Shown here in pieces: positions 11,653 through 26,400 of a DNA stretch of 64,000 bases (the stretch's first letter is position 1; the number at the start of each line of letters is the position of its first letter). Source of the DNA: Eledone cirrhosa (taxonomy: Eukaryota); assembly GCA_964016885.1 (NCBI GenBank), contig OZ024742.1:56854001-56918000 (forward strand), given 5' to 3'. The notes under the pieces are model-generated. The model searched no databases. It saw only the letters and a list, made by a program, of their open reading frames with translations, and was not told the DNA's origin. A program made the position numbers and the translations under genes.

Positions 11653-12875
11653 GAGGCACCGCTGAAAAGATCTTAGGCTGACTAAGGCACTCCCATAGAA
11701 TGTGACCAAATGAGTTTTATTTTTCAATATAGCCACCTTTGTAGTCCACCTCTTCCATTGGTGCTGCAGTGCTTGGATCCCATTAGGTAAGAAGATTTCA
11801 TCCTATTGGTCAAAATATCATCAACAACAAATATTCCATTATCATAACTGCGATAATGTTTCCCAGCCAAGCGTTTTATCATGAGGAACAGATGAGAGTC
11901 AGATGGGGTGAAATCAGGAGAATAGAGAGGGTGATCAATTACTTCAAAGACACAGTCACGCACAGCAGCCATTGAAACCAGTGATTTATATGCTGGAGCA
12001 ATGTCCTGAATAGACATTTTCCTGGGCGTTTGGTCTTGATAACCTTTTGTAACTGTCCCAGCAAGTTTGCATAGTACTCTCAATTGAGAGTGGTACCCCT
12101 TTGAAAAAGTCAATAAACACAATGCTTTTTGCATCCCCCAAAAACTACAAATGAAATGACCTTGGCCTACTTTCGAACAGGTGAGGAGGGGTGTTTCCAA
12201 TGCATGGATTGTCTCTTTGTCTTTGGTTTAAAGTGATGAACCCAACACTCATCCTGGGTAAAAAAACGTTCAAGGAAACCAGCTGGATCTGTCTCAAACA
12301 ATGTCAGATTTTCCCGTGATGTGATCAGCCTAGTGCGCTTTTGATGAGGTGTCAGATGACGTGGCACCCACTAAACAGAAAACTTCGCCATGCCAACTTC
12401 AATGTGCAGAATATTCTCAACTCTCTCGCCGGATATGCAATATCATTGGCTATTTTATTAATAGTCAATCGCATGCCATCCATCACCATGTGGTGAAAAG
12501 GATTAATGTTTACCTCTGTGGTGGCAGATGCAGAACGTCCAGATATTTGGTCATTTTCAAGACTCTCCCGTCTCCTCCGGCTGCCATTTTTGCACAGTTG
12601 ATAAAGCTGGAGCGTCATCCCTTAGTGTAGCAACCATATCAGCATGAATGTTCTTAGGGGCTAAACCCTTTTTATGTAGGTACTTGATAACACCACGATG
12701 TCACATTTTGTCCGTTTTCAAGAGACTTTTAAATTATTCCTTGAAAAGTCGGGTGTCCGTTTATCTGTAGAGAAACAACGCCGTTATTAATACGAAGATC
12801 TGGAATTAATGCACGCAAGAGTTCACAGCTCTAGCATTACTCCTTCATAGTTAGCCTATGAACTTTTCAGCTCAC

Positions 12876-12878
<3 letters not shown>
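11652..12878 (-). mobile_element. Mariner DNA transposon, full length, transposase degraded, inserted in (TA)n
   Basis: TIRs cgaggcaccgctgaaaagatcttaggctgact / agttagcctatgaacttttcagctcaccct; motifs PRHLT..QK, TQDECWVHH, HPLYSPDFTPSD; ~1.23 kb. Confidence 0.92.
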
Positions 12879-12926
<48 letters not shown>

Positions 12927-12949
12927 CAATAAGAATTGCAACTTTTTGT

Positions 12950-13003
12950 AAACTTTATTTCATATTACAATTGTTTCTATATCGATCAGCTCGGGTTTGA
13001 TCT
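12950..13003 (-). other. 3' half of a hammerhead motif (same family as 57422-57489)
   Basis: Minus strand gagctgatcgatataGAA ACAATTGT A atatgaaataaa; no CUGANGA seen upstream. Confidence 0.4.
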
Positions 13004-13073
13004 TGTCTAGTGACCCTATGAGCAAGCAGGTGAATGTCCAGAGTAACAAAACTCACTATTTAGCCTTAACAAA

Positions 13074-13074
<1 letters not shown>

Positions 13075-13158
<84 letters not shown>

Positions 13159-13184
13159 TGTGTGTGTGTGTGTGCATGCGTGTG

Positions 13185-13243
<59 letters not shown>
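13075..13243. repeat. (GT)n microsatellite
   Basis: Direct inspection. Confidence 0.98.
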
Positions 13244-13246
<3 letters not shown>

Positions 13247-15194
13247 TATATTGTTTTGGAAGCGGCTTCAAGGTAGTTGGGGCAGTAAATATTAAGGTGA
13301 CTCAATGCAAGGGATTATTGAGAAAGAAAGACAAGACAGAGAGAACTTATTTCAAGGAGGGAGAATAGATGACGATTCATGTTACTTTTGAATTTTTGCA
13401 AATCGTAGTGGCCAGGAAAGCAAGAAGCCAGAAGATAATTCCATAGTTGAAATGTGAGAGAAGAATTTATCAGAATAGAATTTGCGATTACATTTAGGAA
13501 CTTCAGAGATATTTGGGAAATATAACTCTTGCTGTGTAGTGCTCACCAGCCGAGGTGAATTTTATAATGATCCAGATTAGCGAGAGAGTATCTATGTTGA
13601 CGTTTCAACTGTTTAATAAATCTCCCAAAATCTCACTGGAATTAAACCCTGTCGTCTTAAATACGGAAAGGACACATTTAATAGTATAGCTCTACATATC
13701 TCTAGAATGATAAGGTGGAAACGGCTGGAATGATTTTTAACCTAGATCTGCTAGATACCAAGATTTACATAGGATTAAACAATGCCAGCACCAGCTACGC
13801 CAGTTACAACATCAACCACAAAAACTTAGTAAAATTTTCTTTCATTGACGAAAGGCTGAAAATATGTATGGGAATCGTTGAGTATATTAAAATGTTTACA
13901 ATGCAATGAGTGTACGTAGTTTTGCCACAGGAAATGATAAAAGCGATATGAGGTTAAGGTGTTAAATCAGAATGTACGCTGTTGGAACTAAATTCTGAAG
14001 AGAATTCAGTAGTGTTCTATAGTTTGACTTAGCTACATAACAGTAGCAATATCAATAATATTACATGCTATATATAAATATATAACTAACAAAGGACCCT
14101 ACTTAACACGAAATTATTCTGACGTGAACCTTACCTTTGATGTTTCTTACTTCTTTCTATTACATGTCTGTTTGAAATTTTATATTTACTTCGCTTTGTA
14201 TTATCATAGCTACCACCATTATGCGTGTTCTTTCTCGTGAATTACTAGGGACGAAAAAGAAAGAAGTGTATTCCAGTCGTTACATAAAATGCCACCTACT
14301 GTTTAGTTTAACAAGCTCTTTTCTCGAAATCACCTTTTAACTCTATATATAGCTGTCCTCAAAAGAAATCAAAAGTTATAAGACAAGGTAGCTCACAACA
14401 TATGTAAATATTACAATGACTTTTCATATTAACCTCTTGCTTTATTCTCTTCTTCCCAAATGTTCATTTGCGATACGAATTCGTGATTCTTCTCATTTAT
14501 TTGAAATTATCTATTCCAAGTCCATAACATGCTAATTTCCATGTCAATTGGAAAGTCTGGCAATAATATAGTGCTAGCTTTTAGCGAATCAAATTTTCTA
14601 TTTTCCTACGGTTCCATTATTTGATCCGAGCTTCTTTAAGTAGTTAATCGATAGTTGATAAACTAATACACCAGTTGCTTATCGGTTTCTTTGAAATAGA
14701 CGGAATATATTCGGTAAATGGCTATCAGGATTATAAATGTTTCAGCTACTTATTATTGTATATCGTATTTCTTTAACTTGATTCTACTGGAGTTTTACTC
14801 TTACCTACTTACTATTATCTACAAATGGATTCACTCACCTCTTGTCTATATCGAGAGTACAGTTACTATCAACACTTTACGCTACGAATGTCGAATCAAT
14901 AAAATTCTCCAAAACTAAATTCAGTGAAGTTTAGACTGACGACAATTAGCGATACACTTCTCACAGTAATCGGATTATTAGTTTATCTACTCTCTAAATA
15001 ATTTTGAAGAGAGTCAGGAGACAAGAGAAAGGAAGTGGGTAATAAGATATTACGACGTTTTACCGAGTTGAATTTTCCATTTCCCTATAATTCTTTACAG
15101 TTAGAAGATTACCATACATCCAGTAAAGAGATTAGTCGTTCCAATTCATCAGCTCTCCGCTGCGTTTAGTGTTCGTGGCTCTGATACCACTGAC

Positions 15195-15520
15195 AAAGGC
15201 TGAGGTAGTGTAGCTGAAAGGCCGATATAGTGTGGCTGAGTTCTAATTAAATATTGTAGCTAATGGCTGGATTAACATAGACCTCAATGGATAGTGTAGC
15301 TCCGCGGCTGAATCAATATAGCTTTGAATAGATACTCTAGATCAGCGGATGTATCAACTTAGCTCTAAATATGTAGTATAGCTCAATGAGTGAATCAACG
15401 TAGCTCAGCGGCTCAATCGACATAGCTTTAAATAGATACTCTAACTCAGCGATTGAATCAGCTCTAAATAAGTAATATTGTTTAATCTATAAGTAATAAA
15501 GTGTGAATCAACGTAGATGC
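15195..15520. repeat. Degenerate ~21 bp minisatellite
   Basis: Recurring tagctc..(g)gctgaatcaac units. Confidence 0.65.
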
Positions 15521-16139
15521 TTAAAGGGAGAGAGAACCATAATCGATTATTTCAATTGATTTCAGTTCAATTTGTTTCGGGAAAGTAAAGCTACATTTCT
15601 GTTCAATCTAAATGAAGTCACAGAAGGAACTTTAAGTGAGAATAAGTATTTGGTTCTTCGTGAAACCAAAATTATTAGTTTTACCTTTTCCAACGTGGCA
15701 CCTAATGCAGATCAATTATTAACGTCTTTAATCACTTAAATCACAATATGTTTCTAGGTACATCTGTAAATTTGTACATGTATATGGAAATATGTCCACG
15801 ATATCAACACGAAAATTGGGAAATTTGCAAAAAGTGTTTTCAACAAAATACTGCGAGAGCAATGAAATTCCTCCACTAGCATTCAGAGAGATTTTAAACT
15901 TCAAAAGGTCATCACCCGCTAGATTGTATTGTAATACAATCTATTGCAAAGTCTCCATCGTTATACGTTCAACGATAAACCTATCCTAAAGCGCTTACAT
16001 ATTTGTCCGTACAAGTTGTACTGGGTTACATGTTACCAATAGCACCGACAAGTGACCTGACATAAACGTATATGCACACACGCAGACACACACACACATA
16101 TATATATATACATATATATATATGACATAAACGTATATG

Positions 16140-16175
<36 letters not shown>

Positions 16176-16327
16176 GAAATGTAGTGTATAGCATAAGATG
16201 TACTGAAGAACAATGTAGAGACAAAAATATGACCTGATAAGTGACCTGACATAAACGTATATGCACACACGCAGACACACACACACATATATATATATAC
16301 ATATATATATATGACATAAACGTATAT

Positions 16328-16496
<169 letters not shown>

Positions 16497-16747
16497 TACA
16501 TACATATATATAATATATATAATATATATATAATATTTCGTTTCTGAATTTGTTTAGCAAGATTCTTTATCTGAAATCGTGTGTTGAAACCGATATTGTT
16601 ATACTTTGGGAGGGTCATGTTGCCAATAAGAAACACACGCACCAGTTGCTCTCACTTCAAGTTATTATAATAAATTTATAATAAATTTATAAATTTATAA
16701 ATTTCTGGTTGGTTGGTTGGTTCCACAAGCAGATAGTTGTTTATATA

Positions 16748-16794
16748 CAGTCATAGTTCTTTCGTCACACACTCTGTGACCTCTTCAGTGACTG
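16748..16794 (-). ncRNA. Minimal type I hammerhead in the pLTR
   Basis: cagtca CTGAAGA g gtcac..gtgac GAAA gaac TA tgactg. Confidence 0.75.
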
Positions 16795-16993
16795 GGGATT
16801 CCTTTCTTTGTTTCTGTGCCTCTCCTTTGTTCTGTCCTACGCCATTTTGTTTCTCTGTGTGTGTTGTGTGCTCAGTCTGCGCATGCGCCACATCCGGGTG
16901 TCTGTGTGTGTTTATGTTCATTTATTTATTTGTTTATTTACATGTTACTGGTTGGTTGTTTGTTCTATGTATGTGTGTGTTTTCATTTTGTCC

Positions 16994-18046
16994 TTAATTG
17001 TAAGTTGTGATGTTGCTGTTCCACTCATATTTTCTATTTAATTTTGGTTCTAATTCTTTTATGTTTATTGCCTCTGTAATTTGTCTAAACATTGCGTCTT
17101 TTCTGTGTGTAGATTCTATTTTTATTTCTATGTTCTCTAATTTACCCTTGTGTTCTATTTTAGCATGTTGGTAGAGTACAGATGATTCTTTATTATCTTG
17201 AATGTCTCGCCAGTGTTCATTTATCCGTTCCCCTACACTACGGGCTGTCTCACCTATGTACACTATATTTTTGTCTCTACATTGTTCTTCAGTACATCTT
17301 ATGCTATACACTACATTTCTAGTTTTACAGTTAATATGGGGGCTTATTTTACAGGTTATACATTTCTTATCTATACATGAGGGTCTTTGAAAAGGGTATG
17401 TCTTGCTAATAAGTGTTTTTACGGAGGTACCTGGTCTTTCTACTATCTTAATATTGAGTTTATGTTTATTTAGGGCCCTTCTAAATGTGTAAGCTAATTC
17501 ACCTCTAGGGGTTGTATCGATTAGCATTACACTCTGGTATTTATTGCTATCATACCATGAGTTTATTCTATTAGCCTTGTTCCTAGTTCTTTCTATTCTA
17601 TTCCAAAATTTGCTCCTATACAAGGGACAGGTCCCATTTATGTCATTATTTACCATTTTTTCCCATTTGGTTCTGGCTCCTCTATACACTCTGATTCTAT
17701 CTCTCTGATTGTAGCCAGAGAACTGCATACGGTGGATGAAGTGTTGTATGTGTCTCTCTAGTTCTTCGGGGTTGCACATGCGGGACACATTTCTCATCAC
17801 CCGTACCAAATCCCCAATCAGTATGTTGATTTTGGTATGGTCCGAAACGGCCGAGTTTCGGTGGATCAGATGTTTGGAAGTCATGGGTTTGGCATAATGG
17901 GAATGGAGGATTTGTTTTTTGTTGTTAATGGTATCTAACCAGAGCTCTGTGTCTAGTACAGGTAATCGATGGTTGGGGTGTTTACTTGGGTAGTCTATAG
18001 TAACTCTAATGCTCTGGTGGATGGAGTTTGCTATTTGCTGGATGTC
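16994..18046 (-). pseudogene. Penelope RT C-terminus + GIY-YIG endonuclease, open but truncated
   Basis: The 363 aa ORF-track entry; its first ~13 codons come from the inverted arm. Confidence 0.9.
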
Positions 18047-18372
18047 ATAGAATCTACACACAGAAAAGACGCAATGTTTAGACAAATTACAGAGGCAATA
18101 AACATAAAAGAATTACAACCAAAATTAAATAGAAAATATGAGTGGAACAGCAACATCACAACTTACAATTAAGGACAAAATGAAAACACACACACACATA
18201 GAACAAACAACCAACCAGTAACATGTAAATAAACAAATAAATAAATGAACATAAACACACACAGACACCCGGATGTGGCGCATGCGCAGACTGAGCACAC
18301 AACACACACACAGAAACAAAATGGCGTAGGACAGAACAAAGGAGAGGCACAGAAACAAAGAAAGGAATCCCC

Positions 18373-18417
18373 AGTCACTGAAGAGGTCACAGAGTCTGTG
18401 ACGAAAGCACTATGACT
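18373..18417 (+). ncRNA. Minimal type I hammerhead in the inverted pLTR
   Basis: agtca CTGAAGA g gtcacag..ctgtgac GAAA gcac TA tgact. Confidence 0.75.
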
Positions 18418-18573
18418 ATATATAAACAACTATCTGGTTATGGAACCAACCAACCAACCAGAAATTTATAAATTTATAAATTTATTATAAATTTATTATA
18501 ATAAATTGAAGTGAAAGCAACTGGTGCGTGTGTTTCTTATTGGCAACATGACCCTCCCAAAGTATAACAATAT

Positions 18574-18701
18574 ATATAATATATATATAATATATATATA
18601 ATATATATATAATATATCTATAATATATATATAATATATATATAATATATATATATATAATATATATATAATATATATATATATATAATATATATATATA
18701 T

Positions 18702-18777
<76 letters not shown>

Positions 18778-18785
18778 TATATATA

Positions 18786-18832
<47 letters not shown>

Positions 18833-18848
18833 TATATATATAACATAT

Positions 18849-18912
<64 letters not shown>

Positions 18913-18913
18913 T

Positions 18914-19002
<89 letters not shown>
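18574..19002. repeat. (AT)n microsatellite
   Basis: Direct inspection. Confidence 0.98.
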
Positions 19003-19006
<4 letters not shown>

Positions 19007-19379
19007 GTTTGTATATGTATAATTAAGCCAAAACTATGCAGGTATGGACATAGAATAAAGAATGCAAATGCAAAAGATATTGTTGACGATTAGTCTTTTA
19101 CCTTAGATTTATTTAAATGTCCTAAATTTTAGAGATAATATCTCTTCTTCAGAGGGAAGTAAAGCTGTCAAACCAGTGTTCTAAATAGCTTGAAGAAGAG
19201 TTATTATCTCGAAAATTTAGGACATTTAAATAAATCTAAGGAAAAGACTAATTGTCAACAATATCTGTTGCATTTGCATTCTTTATTCTTTGTCCATACC
19301 TGCATTGTTTTGGCTTTATTATACATATACAAACATTTATACCTCATTACACAATGCTTCAAGTGAACTATAACCTCCT

Positions 19380-19385
<6 letters not shown>
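19001..19385. mobile_element. Fold-back insert plus tail in (AT)n with a minimal hammerhead in each arm (19121-19155 minus, 19187-19221 plus)
   Basis: Arm consensus cct CTGAAGA a gagat..atctc GAA AATT T agg; each arm has a different single core mutation; AATAAA follows; same family as 52671-52945. Confidence 0.75.
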
Positions 19386-19441
<56 letters not shown>

Positions 19442-19466
19442 GTGTGTGTGTGTGTGTGTGTGTGTG

Positions 19467-22400
19467 AACGGTTTCGATGTCCTGCTCGCATCTTGGACAG
19501 GTCCTTTTGGCAGGATCTCTGCCACGGCGTCCATGCTTGTAGATTTTGTCTCGAACTGGTAGAGCTCCTCGGTAGCACTGCCAGGCCAGAGACCTCTGGA
19601 AGTTATCCATAAGCCCTGAACGGAAAGTCCTCCCGAACAGACTGGTCAGTTCGTCCTCCTCGATGCTTAGATTTTCCCCAAGAACGTCGTCGCACTTATC
19701 CCCCACTAATCCCCTATAGAATGTAGAAGTGGAGTCTCCGCTGATTTCCGTTTCCGCTTGCTAGAGGGCTGTGAGCGCCTGAAGGCACTCGAGGTGCCAG
19801 ACACCCATTTTCGGTCTTTGCTTGACCCATACGGCAGCTCTGTTAGTGAGACGAGTTGTGGAAGAGCTTGTTTCACAAACGACAGCCACACCGGTTCACC
19901 GGTCATGAATACCTGGAGATGGCGTAGCCTCTACGCGTATTTGCGCATCATCAGCCACGGCATTCCCAGCCCTCCGTTAGAAGAGTGTTGACAGCAGATT
20001 GATTTCCTCACCAATTGAGCCTGTTTCTTCCAGAGGAACTTGAAGAGTAGGCGTTCCATTTTGGTGAGGTATTCGCGAGGACAAGGCACGACTGTCAAGT
20101 GGTAGTAGAGGACGGACGCTATGTAAGTGTTCGCCACCTCCGCTCGACCTTTCAAGGAGAGTTTGCACTCAGCCCACTTCTGGGTGAGTGCAAACACCTT
20201 CGCCGTGACCTCGTTCCAGTTCTTGTCCAGTTCTTGTCCACTGTCGGAAGGCATGGGTCTGCCTCTCCATGTGCCGAGTTGCAAACCGACAGACTTGTTT
20301 GGGTTTAGTTTGCTCCTGTCAACGTTTCGTATTCCTGTAATAGGTTACTGATTACTCCGATTTCCGAGGTTTTCGACACCATTACGGTTATGTCATCGGC
20401 ATAGACCGACGCTGCTTTCCACAGTCCTGGTTCGATCGGGATGCCATCTTCCGCAGTAATGGCTCGAGAGTCAGTACATACAGAATGGAGGAGAGAGGGC
20501 ATTCCTGACGGATGGAACGCATGATTTGGAATGGCTCCGATAGGTTGCCATTCACCTTGACTGCCGAGCAGATGCAGGTGTGCATGGCAACGATCCAGCC
20601 TCTGAAGACGGGACCTTTTCAAATGCCTTAGATTGATCTAAATTGATCATAGCGCCACCAAAGCCAGGTTTCCACCCTACCCTCTCTGTGATGTATCGCA
20701 TGAGGTGGAGGTTGTGTATGGACCTGGTCGGGATTGCACACGTTTGCGCTTCCCCTACAAGATTCTCGACGACAAGCGCCAGCGTCGCTGCTACCACCTT
20801 GGCCAAAAGCTTTAACTTGTGTTGAGCAGAGTTATGGGTCTGAAATTGCTTATCTCATCCCCCTTGTTCTCATCTTTCCTGATCAGCGTTGCAAGTCTGG
20901 CATGCCTATGTAAAACTCATAGGGCAGACCATCTAAACCGGGTGATTTGCGTTTCCAGCAGCGGCCTAGGGCATATTCTATTTCTCCCGCTGTGATCGGC
21001 CTTTCGCAGCTCTCTGCATCTGTGCTCGAGAGTCGTGGTACGCCGTTGAGGTAGGAGCTGAAGTTCATCACCTCCCTCGACGTACCACTTTGCCCGAACA
21101 GTTGTGCAAAATGCTGCTGGAAAGCCGTGCACATCTGCTTGGATTCAAGTAGAATGCGTCCATCTTTGTCTTGCAAAGACCGAATTGTGGATTTGTTGCC
21201 ACTTTTCGCCTCTGCCACTCGGGCCCAGCTAACAGCTTTGGCTCCCTCGTTTCTTAGAGCACGTGTTCTACTTCTGACAATACAACCTTCGTGTTTCACG
21301 TTGAAGAACTGGTCTAGTGCCGTTCTCGCCGCTAGCACGTCAGCTGTACTGCCATTCCTAAGTGCCTCTTCTACTTTAGCTACCAGTTGCTTTTCGGTTT
21401 TGCTTTTGTCTAAAGCTACTTCCTTGCTAAATGCTATTGATTCTATTCTAATTGCTCTCTTGAGAGAGCTCCACCACCTGTTGTTGACGATCGCCCCCGT
21501 CAACTGGCACTTAACTAAGGTGCTAATCCGTTTACTGTAGGCCTTACGCGCCGGAAGCGACATTGTTAGCTTCCAGTAACTGGGTCCCTGTCTGTGTGTT
21601 CTATCAAGGTGGACTACGCAGGTGACTAATTTGTGGTCTGAATAGGCAACCATGTACTTTGTGGACAGCTTAATGTTTCCTTATCATTTTGTCTAATTAA
21701 AAATCTATTTAAATACGATCTAGAAGACCCAGTGCGGTTGCTCCACGTCCACAGTGGTACACTTGGGAAGTCTAGTCGATATCTATCAGCCAGTTGGAAT
21801 TAGCTGATGAGATTGTTGAGGCTATTAGACCCCCCTCTATTATCAGAAGCTCCTATATAGTCGCAACGTGCATCTAAAATGCCATTCCAGTCCCCCGCTA
21901 ACACTAAGGAGCCCGACGTTCCCAGGAATGGCTCCAGACGCTTGAAGAACTCTGCTCGCGATGTTCCAGTCGGGGGATATACGGCCACCAGTCTGAAAGC
22001 TCCACCTTCACTACCATTCACGTCCAGGACTACCAGGCTGCCCTCCGGGTCCAAGTGAATCGTCTGTGCTTTGAGATCCAAGTTTTTTTCGAAACAGAAC
22101 AGCAACTCCCCCTCCACCTCCTGGCTGACAGAGAGATGCGTAGATCTCAAAGTCATCGAACATGGGTGTTAGCTGTTGCTTGTCGTGAATCCTGGACTCG
22201 GTGATAGCTATCACATCTATACAATGTGACCTGAGGTCATTTAAAAACTGGCGCTGTTTCCAGGGCATGCCCAGGCCACGTACATTCAAACATCCAACTT
22301 GTATAGTCGCCATGTTGGTGAAGAAAAGTTAGGAAGAGAAAAGGCAGGAACACTTACCTTTTAGTTTCCTGGAGGTCGGTTTGTTCGATCTCCATGTCCA

Positions 22401-23357
22401 GATTGCGGGTGTTTGGGGAGGGAGGGAATCCTTTCAGCAGGACACGGTTAAGGGATTTTTGGCAAGGGGGGGGGGGGCACATCATGTGGGAAGTTCCTTT
22501 TCAAAGTTTCGTACTGTAGGGTTGTTACCCTGATAAGTTTGAGGTTTGGGGGTGGATCGTTGGTGGGGAAAGTTTTCCCTTCCGTTTGCATTTTGGAGTC
22601 CTTTCGTACAGTTTTCACTAGTTCTTTGTTTCTTGTTTTTATGTATGTGTAATGTGTTTTGTTTTTTTATGTATACTGTTTCTGTTTGTAGTTTTCTTTT
22701 TGTGGTTGGGGTTTGTGATTGTGGTGGCGTGGGTGTTTGTTTTGTTGGTGAAGTGTCTGGTTGTGTTGTTGGTGTGTTTGTCCTTTGTGGCGGTGTGTTT
22801 ATGTCAGTGTTGGGTGTGTGCGTGTTTTCGGTTGTTGTTTTTGTTGTATTTTTTCTGTCTTTTTTGCTTCTTGGATTTTTGGGGTTCCTCTTCATCCTCA
22901 CTTGGAGATGTTGAGGTTCCCGTGTCTGAGGTGTTATAATTGTGGGTAGGTGGGAGGGGTATGTTGTGTGGTGGTGGAGTGTTTGTGTGTATGTTTGTGG
23001 GGGTGTTGGACAGAAGGGAAAGAGAGGTACAGAGTCCTTCAGGGGAATTTTTGGTGTGGTGTATTTTGTGGTTTGTGTTTGTTGGGTGAATGTTGATGGT
23101 TTGGGGTTTGTGTTTTTTTTGTTTTCGAGTGTGTCTGTTGTAGTTTTGCGGTTGGCAACAACGCCTTCTTTTGTTTTTCCACATCCAGCATTGGGCAAAA
23201 TGCTTTTAAATGTGTGTTTTTTCCACATTTGAAACATTGTGGCCTTTTGCCCTCCGCTGCGATGTGGACAACATGGTTATCATCCACCGGCACCCTTTCC
23301 AGTGTTTTTTCAATCCTCTCCGGTTTCATTTGAACCAAAAGTTCCATTGAGGTCCAG
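19467..23357 (-). mobile_element. Tx1-clade LINE copy B, truncated at both ends, heavily frameshifted
   Basis: ORF1 knuckle CFKCGKNTHLKAFC; APE (MATIQVGCLNVRGL, GDWN, SDH); RT (SPGLDGL, YADD); 5' junction abuts (TATC)n. Confidence 0.93.

Positions 23358-23434
<77 letters not shown>
23358..23434. repeat. (GATA)n between Tx1 copies B and C
   Basis: Direct inspection. Confidence 0.98.
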
Positions 23435-26400
23435 TTCTTTATTAGCCACAGGAGCACAAAAGAAGGGGACAATTACAAAGGGGGAAGTTTACATACAATA
23501 AAAACGTGTAAAATGTTATCACAAATGGAATTTAAAAAGTTAGTCGATTTTCCCCAATAGAGGGAGACAGTTTATATGGGTAACACATACCCCCGAAAAA
23601 AAATGTGCAACCCTCATCTCCAGGAGTACGAAGAGTTTGTACTCCTTTCCTCTCCTCCTCCTTTTCCTCAACCTACAGGCTGATATAGAGAGAAGGCCCA
23701 TTCACTCGGGTATTCTCGCCACTTTCACCCACCTTTCATAAAACTTGCTGGGGTACAGCACCTCTCTCTCCATCCTGATTCTTCTTCCAAAGTGGTATTT
23801 GAAAAAAAGAATCAGTTGTTGGCCGGAGAGAAAGGTGTCTGACCTCAGCCCTTTCAACCTTGTCCACCATACAACCTCTTTCGCCATAGCTATCACACAA
23901 AGGAAAACCGCCTCTCCTTCGTTTTTGAAGGAGGGTGGCGGTTTGATCATGACAATGGACTCGGTGGTCAACTGGATTGGTCCCACCCGCGCCAATAGTC
24001 GTTCTACATAGCCCCACAGGTCAGTGACGCCCGGGCAGTGTATGAATGCGTTCGCGACGGTTTCTTCGTCTCGCACGCACCTCGGACAGATCTTTTTTGC
24101 AGGGTCCCTGCCCGGGCGCCCATGTCTGTAGAGCTTGTCTCGAACTGGTAGAGCTCCTCAGTAGCACTGCCAGGCCAGGGACTTTTGGAAGTTGTCCATC
24201 GGTCCCGGGCGGAAGGTCCTACCGAACAGACTGGCCAGTTCATATTCCTCTACGCCTAGAGTTTCACCGAGCGCGTCGTCGCACTTGCTGCGGACCAACC
24301 CTCTATAGAATGACGAAGTGGAGTCTCCACTGATCGCCGGGTCCGCCTGCCAGAGGGTTGTGAGCGCCTGAGCACATTCGATGTGCCAGTCGCCCATTTT
24401 CCTCGGTCTTTGCTTGACCCAGGACTGCAGCTCGGTCAGCGAGACGAGTCGTGGGAAGGCTCGCCTCACGAACGAGGCCCACACCGGTTGTCCGCTGAGG
24501 AATACGTAGAGATGCCGCAGCCTGAGCGCGTGTTTGCGCATCGTCAACCACGGCATCCCCAGCCCTCAGTTAGAAGGGTGTTGGCAGCAGATGGATTTTC
24601 TCACCAAAGGAGCCCGCCTCTTCCAAAAGAATCGGAAGAGCGCGCGCTCCATTTTGGCGAGCGTTTTGGCTGGACAAGGCACGACGGTCAAGCGGTAGTA
24701 GATGGCGGACGCTATAAAAGTGTTCGCCACCTCCGCTCGACCTTTCAAGGATAGTTTGCACTCGGCTCACTTCTGGGTGAGTGCAAACACCTTGGCCGTC
24801 ACTTCGTTCCAGTTCTTCTCCACCTGGAGGTCCGGACCAAACCAGACCCCGAGCAGCTTTAGCGGTCCTTCCGTCCAGCGTCCGACGACGCCATCGGAAA
24901 GCATCGGTCTGCCTCTCCACGATCCGAGTTGCAAACCGATGGACTTGTCCCGGTTCAGCTTCGCTCCTGTGACACTTTCGTATTCCTTCAGTAAGGTGCC
25001 GACTTCCTCGATTTACGAGGCGCTCGACACCATTACGGTCACGTCATCGGCGTAGGCCGACGCCGCTTTCCGCAGTCCCGGTTCCAGAGGGATACCCTGC
25101 AATAGCTCCAGCTTCCGCAGTAGTGGCTCGAGAGTCAGTACGTACAGAAGGGAGGAGAGAGGGCATCCCTGTCGAATGGATCGCGTAATATGGAACGGCT
25201 CCGAGAGGTAGCCGTTCACCTTGACCCTTGAGCAGATGTTGCTGTTGTGCATCGCAGCAATCCAGCCCCTGAACACGGGTCCGAAGCCTGCCACCTCGAG
25301 CACCGCATCCAGGTAACGATGGTCAATCCTATCTAAAGCCTTAGACTGATCCAAGTTGATCAGGGCCCCACCGAAGCCGGGTTTACACCCTACCCTCTAT
25401 ATGATGTATCGCATGAGGTGGAGGTTGTCGTGTATGGACCTGGTCGGGATTGCGCATGTCTGCGCTTCTCCCACCAGGTTCTCGACGACAAGCGCCAGCC
25501 TCTTTGCCAACACCTTGGCCAAAATCTGTAACTCTGTGTTTAGCAGTTATGGGCCGGAAGTTGCCTATGTCATCCCCCTTATTCTCGTCCTTCCTGATTA
25601 GTGTGACCACGCCCCCGGTTACAGAACTGGGAATTCTCCCGTTCTGTTGCCAGTTGCAGTAGACCGCTTCCAGGAGACCGGAGAATAAGTCCGGCATTGC
25701 TACGTAAAATCCGTCGAGACCTGGAGATTTGCGTTTGCCGCATTGGCTCAGCGCATCCCCTATCTCAGTGGCTGAAATCGGCTTTTCGCAGAACTTTGCC
25801 CCGCTGTCCGAGAGTCGCGGTAGGCCGTCGAGGTATGGACCGAAATCCATAGCCTCTCCCGGCGCGCCGCTCCCCCCGAACAGCCGAGCAAAGTGCCGCT
25901 GAAAAGCCGCACACATCTGCTTCAGCTCACGTATCACGCGTCCGTTTTGGTCCTTCAAAGACCGAATCGTGGACTTGTTGCCACTTTTTGCCTCCGTCAC
26001 TCGGGCCCAGCTAACAGCTTTGGCTCCCTCGTTTCCCAGAGCACGTATTTTGCTTCTGACAACGCAGCCCTCGTGCTTTGCGTCGAAGAACTGGTCCAAG
26101 ACCGTTCTCGTTGCTAGCACGCTGGCTACGTTGCCTCTTCTAATTGCCTCTTCTACTTTATCTACCAGTTCTTTCTCGGTTCTATTTCTATCTAACGCTA
26201 ATTCTTTACTAAAGACTATCGAGTCTAATCTAACTGCCCTCTTGAGAGAGTACCACCATCTGTTGTTGACAATGGCCCCTGTCAAGTGTTGTTTAACTAA
26301 AGTGCTAATCCGTCTACTGTAGGCTTTGCTTGTCGGTAACTACAAGTTCAGCTTCCAGTAGCCGGGTCCTTGTCTATGGGTTCTATCAAGGTTGGCCATG

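Larger units (their letters stand above)
16536..18573 (-). mobile_element. Penelope-like element, 5'-truncated, inverted pseudo-LTR arms (16593-17119 / 18047-18573) and 3' tail (16536-16592), in (AT)n
   Basis: ORF 16994-18046 encodes RT thumb (LPVLDTEL, HYAKPM) and GIY-YIG ([12 protein letters not shown]...YIGETARSVGERINEH); arms are reverse complements; a hammerhead sits in each arm. Confidence 0.93.

Noticed and set aside
15128-15156. Minus-strand CTGATGA..GGAAC hammerhead-like string
   Set aside because: No stem II and a broken GAAA; likely chance.
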